A stretch of 64,000 nucleotides of DNA from the human T2T-CHM13v2.0 reference genome, Homo sapiens. Positions 13,421 through 26,176 of the stretch are shown here, in pieces (the stretch's first letter is position 1; each line of letters begins with the position of its first letter). The DNA lies in NCBI RefSeq assembly GCF_009914755.1, contig NC_060937.1. One strand, 5' to 3'. Below the pieces are notes generated by a model. That model worked only from the letters and a program-made list of their open reading frames with translations, had not been told where the DNA came from and did not search any database. A program made the translations under genes and the position numbers.

Positions 13421-13920
13421 GTACTGTTATTGTCACTCAGCAAATAGTAATTAATTTTGTCTGTGCCTTTCCAAATGCCTTTCAAAATATAAACTTTCTT
13501 AGTGTTTTGTAAGTAGAGTATGTTTAAATCCAATAGTAGACCAAATTATTTTACCAACTATTGTTTAGAAAATCAACATTTTTGCAGAATTTTAATGCCA
13601 GCTAATGAGACATCTAAACCGCAGCCCCTTCCATGGAGTCTGTCTTCTTTCATAAAATTTCGCTTGGGCCTCAGAAAAGGGTTTTCAAGGAAATAGCTTC
13701 ACATCCCACACACGTATCTCAGGTAATCAAACAATGGCAACACCACTTAGCTCAATGCACTTCTGGCTATCATAATATTCCCTGTGACTTTGGTGGATAC
13801 ATGTAAATTAAGAAGCTATTCAAGTCACTAGTTTCGCCATGGTGAGATGTATTTGTGTGTGTGTGTGTGAACACACTGGTGTGGTTTTTAGAAAATATAC
13901 ATACAAGGTTATCCCATAGC

Positions 13921-14160
13921 CTTGTGCTATTCAGTATGATAGCCATTCGCCACATGTAGTTATTGATCACTTGAAATATGGCCGTTTTGAATGGAGATGA
14001 GCTGCTAAGTATAAGTTATAGACCAAATTCTGAAGACTTAGTATGGAAAAAAGAATATAAGGTATCTCAATATTTTTCTCTTGATTACATATTGAAATGA
14101 TAATATTTTGAATATATAGAGTTGAATAAAATGTATTATTAAAATTAAAGTCACCTATTT
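13921..14160. mobile_element. MER33, first part (second part at about 15312-15409)
   Basis: TAGCCATTCGCCACATGTAGTTATTGATCACTTGAAAT...GAAGACTTAGTATGGAAAAAAGAAT. The remainder CACATTATATTTCTGTTGGAGAGCAC lies after the L1 insertions. Confidence 0.8.
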
Positions 14161-14164
14161 TTTT

Positions 14165-14850
14165 CCTCTTCTTTCATTTTCATTTATTGAGGTAAAATCC
14201 CCTTAAGTAAAACTGACCACTTGACACTATACAATTCTATGGCATTCAGTACATTTTCAGTGTTGCAACCACCACCTCTACCTAGTCTGAAAGATTTTCA
14301 TCGCTGCAACAGGGAAATGCATTTCATTGAGCAGTCACTCCCCTTCCCCTTATCCCAACCAGCCTGGAACAATGATCAGTCTGCTTTCTGTCTTTGTGAA
14401 TTTCCATCATCTGAATGTTTTATATATATTTAAGGATGTAATATGTGACCATAGTGTCTGACTTTGTGAATTTCCATCATCTGAATGTTTTATATAAATT
14501 TAAGGATACAATATGTGACCATAGTGTCTGACTTTGTGAATTTCCATCATCTGAATGTTTTATATAAATTTAAGGATACAATATGTGACCATAGTGTCTG
14601 ACTTTGTGAATTTCCATCATCTGAATGTTTTATATAAATTTAAGGATACAATATGTGACCATAGTGTCTGACTTTGTTCACTAAGCTTCATATTTTTTAC
14701 ATTGTAGCACTTATCAGTATTTCATTCCTCTTTATGGGTGAATAATATTCCAATATATGGACATACTACATTAGTTGGTGGAAATCTGCAGTGTTTTTAC
14801 CTTTTACTTGTTAATACGGCCTCTATGAACACTTGTGTACATGTGTTGTT
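14165..14850 (-). mobile_element. L1MB-type 3' fragment containing a 70-bp tandem array
   Basis: TACAATTCTATGGCATTCAGTACATTTTCAGTGTTGCAACCACCACCTCT is typical of antisense L1MB 3' UTR. Confidence 0.75.
14392..14677. repeat. 70-bp minisatellite, about 4.1 copies
   Basis: Units start at 14392, 14462, 14532 and 14602. Copies 2-4 are identical; copy 1 differs at 3 positions. Confidence 0.97.
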
Positions 14851-14854
14851 GCTG

Positions 14855-15310
14855 GTTTTTTTAATTTTAGGTTTGGGTGGTACATTTGCGTGTTTGTTAC
14901 ATGGGTATATTACGTAATGATAAGGATTGAACTTCAAGAGTACCCATCACCCCAATATAGAACATTGTACCCAAAAGATAATTTTTCAACCCTTGGCCCC
15001 CTCCCATCCTCCCCACTTTTGGAGTTCCCATTGTCTATTATTTCCATCTTTATATAGGTACTTATTGTTGAGTTCCCACTTGTAAATGAGAACATGAAAT
15101 ATTTGATTTTCTGTTACTCAATTCACTTAAGATAATGGCCTTCAGCTCCATCAGTGTTGCTCAAAGGACATGCTTTTATTCTTTTTTATGGCTGCATGAT
15201 ATTCCATGGTATATATGTACCACATTTTCTTAATCAATCATGATGGTCACTTAGGTTGGTTCCATGACTTTGCTATTGTGAATAGTGCTGTGATGAACAT
15301 ATGAGTGCAG
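14855..15310 (-). mobile_element. L1PB/L1MA-type 3' fragment
   Basis: GTTTGTTACATGGGTATATT...TTCCCACTTGTAAATGAGAACATG...TGCTATTGTGAATAGTGCTG. Confidence 0.85.
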
Positions 15311-15540
15311 GAAATTTTGCCTATTCCTTTTTAATTTTTTAATATGAAGCTATTATAAAGTTTAAAATTATATACGCAATTCACATTATATTTCTGTTGG
15401 AGAGCACTATTCTAAACTTTGCTCTGTTTTGACATTCTGAGGCAGACTGTGAAGCAGCCTGTCTTAAATGAACAGAGCATGCCAACATATATAAGAAGAA
15501 TTACAAAGAAATGAATATAAAGACATTTCATACCCCTCAG

Positions 15541-15720
15541 GCAGTGTTTATCAAAGGTAGTTCTTGGACCATCTGCTTCAGTCACTTGTGGTGCTTGTGA
15601 AGAATGCAGATTCCTGGGTTCCATTCCAGCTGTAACTATGCAGAATCTCTGTGCCCAGGGCTCTGGATTTTTATCAGATTCCCTCTTGATGTTCATTTGC
15701 ATTAAATTTTGAGAATCGAT
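15541..15720. mobile_element. MER5A
   Basis: CAGTGTTTATCAAAGGTAG...AATGCAGATTCCTGGG...AAATTTTGAGAATC. Confidence 0.7.
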
Positions 15721-17238
15721 GATAAACTTAACAATATTAAAGGAAGAAAAAAGATCAGACAACAATGATACACAGACACAAACAACAGTAAAATACCTAA
15801 TGTAATATACATGATATCACTCACCACTATACATAAGAACCAAAACATTGGGCGTCAGTGAGTGTTATATTTGGATTGTAGAGAAACAATATCATTCAAT
15901 GTTGCAATATCATTTACTTCCATATTATGTCATAATACTTGGTAGCTTTCTGACATGACAAGTCATTTTATTCAGAAGATAAAATGGAATTTAGCCATCT
16001 CTGTGTTTACCCTAAGTCATCTATGTACCAATCTGCAAGAAAATATTAGTTAAATGTTAGCAGAAAATGCCAGTTGTGAAGTGTCCCTTTGAAAACATAA
16101 ATTTTCTTGGGGGAAGGGGAATGTGTGTGCGGGCATGTGTGTGTGTGTGTATAAACATACACATCTATATGCATACACATCTATATACATATGTGTATAT
16201 ATTACTTTATTATTGAATTAGCTAAATAAACTCCATGTTAGAAATTCAAAGAAATCATTTGTGTGATAAATAAGGTTGCTTATTACTGAGCAACTATGAT
16301 TATAGCAGTTTTATGAAATTTTAATTACATTATGCACCTACTCAAATATTGGTTTTGAACATTAATCGAGTTACCTGAGAAACATTTCATGGAATGGGAA
16401 ATAAAAATGAAATGGCTTATTTACTTATCCCAATGCATTAAAGATGAAACTCAGTAGGGAAACTCGTAAGAAAAAATGAGAGACCTACTCAGAAATCTCA
16501 TTCAATGCAAACCACGGGTGGATTTTCAGATTCTATAAATTATCTTCAGTGATTGAATAACATGTAGTTATGCTGACGAGACTATGCTTAAAATGCAATA
16601 TGTGTGACCTAGATGTATGTTATGGCCTCCTACTTCTTGCAGCATCCTAAATTTAGAAACCCATCAGATATTTTGTGGTTACTAGGTGGACGAAATGCCT
16701 CTTAATTCCGTTCAAAGCCAGTGCTATTTGTCAAGTCCAGCACCCGATAGAAAGAATGGGCAATAAGGTAGTAGAGAAAGCAGAAGGAGAAGCAGAGAGA
16801 AAGGAAGGCATTTGCCTTGGTTAGCCAGAGACTGACACTGAATTGATGTGACAGCTCCACATTGGGCTATTGCATATGTTTTCTGTCCCAGTGATTTCTT
16901 TCCTGTTACGAATTACATGGGATGGTGACTTTGCTAAAACCTAGATGTCAAACTGTTGTACACTTCATATATACTTATTTTTAAATTATTCTCCAAAATA
17001 TCCAAGATTCAAGTTAGTAGCCCAGGTTGAAAAGAAAATTTCAAGGGATAGCCAAGTGTTCATTTTATACAAGAACAGCCTTTAAACACGCACAGTCAGC
17101 TGTATAGTGGCAGTGGACTTTTGTCAGTTTTCAAATTAGTCATATCATTAGACACATGGAGGAATGTCTTCTGGGACATAACTGGGACATATCTGAATTA
17201 GCTCTATATTTATCTACAGTCAGAAATTATAACCTTAA

Positions 17239-17616
<378 letters not shown>

Positions 17617-18199
17617 TATTACTACCTTTTAGTATAATTTATAAGAAAGAGTAATTGATAGAAATGCTTCCAGAAATAAATACTAAACAATTTCCAATAA
17701 ACCACTTTTAATTTTTAAATACAGAATTGCCTTACTTAAAAAAGAAATTATAATACCCTTAATTAGTTTGACCCTTAATTAGTTGACCAAAAATATCTCT
17801 TATGATCTTAATATTGGGAGCAACTCTTTAAGACAGTTTTCTTGGCAATGCAAGTTTATTCTAAATGCTGATGAATACTGTAATACCTTTAAAAAATTAG
17901 TAGCAAATATAGCCAATTTTTCCTGATAATAGTCAAACAAAAAACTCTGGAACAGAAGCAAACCTAATTTGATGCTGAATTCACAAATGAATTCATTTTT
18001 AAATGTTAACTCTAGTCCATAAATAATGTACTTAAGCATTAAAGCCTAAAATATTACTTAAATTCAACTAGTTTGATTTCAATTTAATTTGAACTTCAAT
18101 GATTCTTTCTTAATTTGTAGAATTAAGGCTGAAATGCTAGAGTGGGCTATTTCATAAATTAATATTCATAGATTCTTAAGGCTTTAGAGACCCTACCAT

Positions 18200-19040
<841 letters not shown>

Positions 19041-19074
19041 AAAAAAATATAAAATTATTTAATATAAAACTAGA

Positions 19075-19190
19075 CGTAAACCTAGGAGGCGGAGCTTGCA
19101 GTGAGCCGAGATGCGCCACTGCACTCCAGCCTGGGCGACAGAGCAAGACTCTGTCTCAAATAATAATAATAATAATGATAATAATAAATA
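19075..19190 (+). mobile_element. Heavily 5'-truncated AluY (right-arm end plus TAA tail)
   Basis: GGCGGAGCTTGCAGTGAGCCGAGAT is Y-diagnostic. TSD-like ATAAAACTAGA / ATAAAAATAGA. Confidence 0.85.
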
Positions 19191-19363
19191 AAAATAGAAT
19201 TTTGGCAGCCTGTATTATATCTCACTTGTTTGCATTTATATAGGAGAAGAAAATGCCTTCTTTATTCAAAGAAAGGCTTAGAGTTACGTTTTTTTTCAAT
19301 TATTTATCTCAGTTCATATTAGCTGAAATGACAGATGAGCCACAGAAAAGCAATAACACTAAA

Positions 19364-19489
19364 ATTTTTTTTGAGATGGGGGTCACACTATGTTGCCCAG
19401 GCTGGTCTTGAGCTCCTCAGCTCAAAGAATCCTACGATTTCAGTCTCCCAAAGTGCTAGGATTACAGGCATGAGCCACTGCACCTAACC
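19364..19489 (-). mobile_element. FLAM-type Alu monomer
   Basis: Single left-arm monomer with T tail, flanked by ATAACAC repeats. Confidence 0.85.
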
Positions 19490-20114
19490 ATAACACCAAC
19501 ATTTTAAGGGCACTAAACACTCTTTCTTTTTTTTAAATAACTATTTAATGAGCAGATATATCCTGTTAAGTGTATTATATACATTATCATATTTAATCTC
19601 CACAAAATCTAAAAGCTTTTTTTCAGACAGGGAAACCAAGGCACAGAGGCAAAAAGTTACTTAATAGAACTCATCTAGATAAATGTCATAGCTGTGATTA
19701 TTCTGGATGCTAATTTTAATTTTCTTTTTTATGTAGATTAAGTTATATGCATAACTTATTATGAAAAATAGTTGAAAGAAAATAAGTCTTTAATCCTTAT
19801 TCTGAGCTCCCAAAGCACTTTATTTCAACCTGTTTTGAACCTTATTTTCTACCTTGCATCATTATTATTTGTACACTTTTCTTACATCCTTGTTAGACTT
19901 TAAAATTCTCCTTAGTAATTATTAGTTTCTTGACTTTGTTCCTTTTAATGCACTGTTTTTAATTTAATAGAAGCCATTACTTTTTTATAACTATGAAAAT
20001 TAGGGCTATTAAGTTGCCTTCACTATGTTCTCTAGAATTTTGTAAAGTTAGTAAAAGAGAAAACCTCTTCTTTATAACCTCTACAGAGAAGGTACTAGAT
20101 CTAGTGTGGCAGAA

Positions 20115-20200
20115 AGGATGGAAGGATGGACGGTTGGATGAATGGATGGATGAATGGATGGATGGATGGATGGATGGATGGATGGATGAATGGATGAATA
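20115..20200. repeat. (TGGA)n/(TGAA)n tetranucleotide repeat
   Basis: Directly visible. Confidence 0.95.
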
Positions 20201-21914
20201 TCAGACATAATGGATGAATATTAGACATAATGAATCACATCTCAACTGATTAAGTCCTCTAGGTATAAATACCAGGTACAAGAAATAAATGGCACAAAAA
20301 AGGAGTGAGTGAAGGAACTGTTATAGATTTAAAGAGACCCAATAGATACACCAAACAAATGGAATGTGTGAACGTTGTTTGTATCCTGTAAAATCCTTGA
20401 TTTGAACAAGTGAACTGTAAAAGTATACTTATGAGACAAAGGATAATTAATGAGAATATTGAGAGTCCGTTTTAACTTCTAGGTAGAATAAAAGTGTTGT
20501 GATTTATATTTTTTTGAAGAGTCCTTATCTCATCGACATACATTAAAATATTTATGGAGGAAATAAGAAGATGCCTGAGATTTGCTTTAAAATAATTGTT
20601 CATGGCGGGAGGGGTGGAGAATAGGAAAAGATGAATGACTTTATATTAATAATTGCTGAAGCTGAATGATAGCTGTACATTCTCCCTTTTTTCTCTAGGT
20701 GTTTGTAATTTTCTAAAATCAGAAGTTAACATCAAAAAAGTTTTTGGCACATAATTGGTATTTCTTTAAGTTAACAATTTCCTTTCCTTCTCATAAAACT
20801 TAATCATTAAATATGGGCAACAGGCTTTAAAAGATGTGCTCCACCATAAATGTCTGTCATACTTGCTATGATGAACCCATGAGTATTTAAGACAGCCTAT
20901 AGAAAACTTTTGTTCTATCCAGTAATAAAAAAAACCCTTGAGCAGCAACATAAAATAGAAATCTTGATCTTTAAATTGAATTGTATAATGAGTAAATAGA
21001 AGCTGAAAAGTATATTATAAAGTCACTGGCTAGTGGATGCAGCAGATTTTTTTTCTCATTAGTAAAATGCTGTGCATGGTACAAGTGACTGATAATGTGA
21101 GTTGATCTATGATATCCCTTATAACTCAAAAATTCACTGATATTTCAGATCCACTAGCCCACCATATAAATTCATCAGAGGATGGCAATTGTGGCATGTG
21201 ATTAAGCAGCAAGCCAATTGTGTGACATGTTGACAGTGGCAGTGCAGTACGTACTGCTCCCAAGATAAACTTTGGCACTCTAGTCAGTAGATTTTATTTA
21301 TATTTTCAAAAGCTTGTATAAAACATGAAATAGTCGAGTGACTTGTGAAGCAGTCAAGATATCAACTTCTTCCACATGAATGAACCAAGACACACATTTG
21401 TGGAGATTCTTTGACTGTCTTTAGAGAAAGATGATATGCCAATCATCCCAACACTAATAAGACTATACAAGAAATAGTATATCTATCAAAATAGACACTT
21501 ATATAGACTTATTTTGTAGGACATTGTCTCAAGTCTCCAGGGCATTATCCTAGAGAAAAGGCATTATATCCTTAGCTTGGGTAGTATCCAGGACCTGAAA
21601 AAGTATATTTAAATTGGTCTTTTAAAATATACGTAACTTTCCTATGGTGCAAAACGAGGATAATATCAATTTTGACTCTTATTATTTGTAGTCTTTCTTT
21701 AGAGGTACCTGGTATACAGAAATCTCTCACAACACCAGCTGCGTTGGTCCAGCCTTATGTAGGGAAGGTATTTCCAGTTTTTAAGAGAATTCCTAAGTTC
21801 AGGCTGGCATGCAATTTTTACTACATAAGAAAAATTTTATCTAAACATGAACCCAATCTACTGCCCTAATTCATGGTAGTAGAAAACATTTCACACAAAG
21901 AGTAATATGCTAAC

Positions 21915-22526
21915 TGAATTAGTCATCTATTACTTCATAACAGATTACTTTGAAACTTAGCAGCTTAAAGCAACACACATCTATTTTCTGAAGGGTTCTG
22001 TGAGTCAGGAGTCTGGGTAAAACTTAGCTTCGAGCCTTGCCTCAGGACATCTCACAACATAGCAGTCAAGCGTCATCTAGCCAAGGTGTCACTCTGTCAC
22101 CCAGGCTGGAGTGTAGTGGTACAAACATGGCTCACTGCAGACTCGAACTCCCAGGCTTTGGTGATCCTCCCACCTCAGCCTCCTGAGGAGTTGGGACTAC
22201 AGGCACCTGCCACCATGCCTGGCTAATTTTTTTGTGTTTTTTGTAGGGACAGGTTTTTGCCATGTTGACCAGGTTGGTCTCAAACTCCTGGGCTCAAGCA
22301 ATCCACCCACCTCGGCCTCCCAAAGGAGTGGGATTACAGGCATGAGCCAGTGCACCCGGCCCACAGTGTCTTTTAATCTGATCATGAAAGTGGAATTTCA
22401 TCACTGTTGCCATAGTCTATTCATTAGAAGCCAGTCCAGCTCATTCTCAAGAGGAGGGATTACACAGGGAGGGGTACGAGTGCCAGAAGCTGGAGCTCTT
22501 TAGGGATCTACATACTGCCAACTACA
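21915..22526 (-). mobile_element. MLT1F-like MaLR LTR interrupted by AluJ
   Basis: AAACTTAGCAGCTTAAAGCAACACACA...TCTGTGAGTCAGGAGTCTGGG before the Alu; TCTATTCATTAGAAGC...CAAGAGGAGGGATTACACAGGG after it. Confidence 0.75.
22086..22361 (-). mobile_element. AluJ lacking its tail
   Basis: J-diagnostic CATGGCTCACTGCAG, GATCCTCCCACC and CTGGGCTCAAGCAATCC. No poly-T at the left junction. Confidence 0.9.
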
Positions 22527-23059
22527 CTAATAGTACATTCAAACTTCTTGAAAAATGTTACATGAAATTAGCAGTATAGTGATATAAATAGATTCAGATG
22601 CTAATGGAAGGCTATTCTGTTGCTCAGATTTTTCTCTAGTTCATTCTGCTCCCTCAGTTGGGATGGCCTTGCTCCATTCCATTTGTCCAAGGTGCACAAA
22701 TATCTACCTCTCTTTGCAAACTCAACTCAAGCATATGGCCTCTATGAGATGGATCTGACCTCTCTGCCTTCATGGTACCCCCATAAGGCTCTGCTGCAGG
22801 CTTTTCAATAGCACTTTATTGCACGTATCCTCAGTGTCTTTCCATTCAGCTAACAGATTGTAAGCACGTTAAAGCAAGGACAATCATTAGATACTGTTGC
22901 ATGAATGAATTATACATTATATCTCAATTGCTCTTCAATTCTATGTACAGTATACTGAATTATAGTATAATATACTACGTATACTATACTTAATTCCATC
23001 TTAGATGGGGAGTAGGGTCTAAAGTAAGTAGATAAGGTGAGAACTGCTTAGAGTCAAAA

Positions 23060-23385
23060 TCAAATGGCTCAACAGAGTGGCTTAACCCAATGAGATGCGT
23101 ACCCAAGAAAAGACTCTCAAAACCAACACACTGATGACAGAGCTAGAAATGTATATCCCTCATCTTACTCTCACTCTGGAGCTTAACTTTATTAAGTGGA
23201 ATCGCTTGCATCCCAATTCTGGAGTCCCTCATAGAATTGGCTGAGGTCTCATTGCAGCCACACTGCAGTTCAGCTTTGCCCTCTGCTCAATTGCATTTAT
23301 CTACTCTCTCATGCCTGAATAAACCTTATGCACACAAATTTCTGCCTCACAGTCTCTTTCAAAAAAAAAATCCAATGTAAAGATG
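23060..23385 (+). mobile_element. ERVL LTR16-like fragment
   Basis: CACTGCAGTTCAGCTTTGCCCTCTGCTCAAT...AATAAACCTTATGCACACAAATTTCTGCCTCACAGTCT resembles an LTR16 3' end. Confidence 0.55.
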
Positions 23386-23884
23386 GCTTCTTGCTCTCAA
23401 ACCCAAATTTCAAAAGCCTTTTTAAAATTTCTTCACCCTCCTGGGTCTCTTCAGTCCTGTTTCTCACTGTTTCTACCTGTTCTACTCTCCTACGCTAAAA
23501 AAGCAAAAACCCCAAGAAATGGGCAGGCACTCACTCTTTTTAAGGGTGATTTAGAGGGAATAGCTGAGGACAAGCTGGGAAGGAGGCAAGGCTCTAATCT
23601 CTTTTCTGTTAATAATTGCTGTTTCCGTCATAGTACTGCGGTTTGATTAAAATGTATTTTATGAATGGTGCATGATTTTTTTTCTCAAAATGACAGAATC
23701 AGTTACAGATCCCACACCTGAACTCTCCCATCACTCAGCATCCCCTATCTGGGGGGTTCTCTGAAGCACCTGCTAGCGCTACATGCTTCTTCTCCAATAG
23801 CCAGGCAGTACAGTGGCAGTTTATTGGGTGAAATGCCTTTTTACAAAAGACTTCTATAATTGCAGTCAAGTCTATATAAGCTGA

Positions 23885-24235
<351 letters not shown>

Positions 24236-25030
24236 CACCTTCTTCTATCACCTCGATAATTTGAAGAAAGACCTAATTTAAACATAAGATACCTACATGT
24301 CATTTTGCTTGTTTTACAGCCACTAGGCAGTTAGAAAAGAAATCCCAATCACATGTGTACTCCATCTATAAAAAGTTGGTATAAATATGATGTTTACCTT
24401 GTTCTCATATTTCAAGGAATTTGTTAGTTGCGCTATATCCTGCTGTTTCTCATATTTGTTTACTCCTGGTTATGGTAAATTCTTTGCACATTTGATTATG
24501 GGCACATGTTAAGCAGGGCTGAATAGTAGGTGTATCGGAATTGGGAGTATTCCTGCAGAAAGGGTTTGTGTTGGCTTCCACCAGTCTCCTCAAAGTTATC
24601 ATCGATGGGGACACTTAAATGTTAATTTCTTGGTGTGTGTGTTGGGGTGGGGAGGGGATTTTCCTTTGACCACATAAGCGATGTAAATTTGCATCCCAGA
24701 CTCAGGCGAGAGAAGAACCAAGACTAATGTTTTCAGGAGAATCAGGCTTGTTTGTCTTCTACTGAGACTAGGTCTCCCCTGTGCCAGTGGGTTGATTTTT
24801 TTTCCTAATCAGTATTTCACAGAGTGTAAGTCCAGTGGTGTGCTGGTAAATGTTTAGCAACCAACCCTTTGAAAAAGAAAGTATGCATATATGTCTAAAC
24901 GTAGGTTTATTATAAATCTTACTGACCCAAAGGATTATATAGTACACCTATGACTACTAATAATATAATGTAAAATACTCTATTTGCAGTTTAATATAGT
25001 CAATTGATTGTCATAGAATGTATTCGTGGA

Positions 25031-25488
25031 TGTAAAAGGAGACTTTTACCCAACTGAGAATAAGGACTAATTATTCAGAGCTTGTGCCTGCAAGGGAGTC
25101 AGCCATCATCACTTGTATTTGGCAGACTCAAAGTCAGGAAGAGCAGAGGGAGAGCTTTATAATTAAAAAATGGTGGAAAGCACAGGAATGCTCCAATTGA
25201 AAGTTGTTGGCAAGGTGAAGCGCAGGCAGGCTAACTAGAAGCAGGACATCTTACGTGGTGAGATTGGAGAGTGTATTTTGGCTTTCCCTGGTTCCTCCTG
25301 AGTTGCAAACAGAGACAACAAAAAAAATAGGGAAGCCGAAAGACATTGACCAAGTTCTGACTGTTTTGGGCTGATTGCTGCAGAGGTTGCAGTTTGACTT
25401 CCTGGACTGCATGTTGCAGAAGTTGTGGATGAGAATTCTGTTGTCGTATATGATTTGTCCACTGCCCATTTGTATATTCAGTCCCACA
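25031..25488 (-). mobile_element. ERV1-type solo LTR (MER90-like, subfamily uncertain)
   Basis: TG...CA bounded block of about 460 bp. The minus strand begins TGTGGGACTGAATATACAAATGGGCAGTGG. Confidence 0.65.
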
Positions 25489-26017
25489 CTTTCACTGATT
25501 GTTGCTGAACTCCTGCATCTGTAGCCTGTCTGTGGTTGTAATTGACAAATGAATGTAGTTCCAACATGAGTGTTTGTTGATATTTTTGTTTTTGTTAATG
25601 GGTAGCAACAAGATGTTGGAATTTCATTTGTTCATCAATGATATCAGTCACTACTGAATTGCATAATAGATGTCAAAATACTCGACGTTTTTTCTTTTCT
25701 ACTCACAATATAACTACAGACATGCTACACATTAAAGTGAATCTGCATTAATAACAAAATTTCCATCATTTTCTTAAGTCTATGCAATCAAAACAATTAG
25801 TGAAGTCTTGTAGCATTTGCCGATCTCCACAGTATAATACTTCTATCATGGCCAATTTCTAGCTACCAGTGTGTCATTAATGAACATGAAGTTGGGAAGC
25901 AATGTGCAAAAGAATAATAGCATTATGTTGTATTTCCGCTATAGAGATACAATTCACACAGACAACCTCAAAAACATAGGTAGTGGTAAAATGTAACAAA
26001 TAATTAGGAAGTCATAA

Positions 26018-26176
<159 letters not shown>

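Noticed and set aside
14392-14677. CRISPR-like appearance of regularly spaced repeats
   Set aside because: Units are contiguous and identical with no unique spacers, there are no cas genes, and the DNA is primate. It is a minisatellite.
21244-21257. Perfect 14-bp palindrome GCAGTACGTACTGC
   Set aside because: About 4 such palindromes are expected by chance in 64 kb (64000/4^7).
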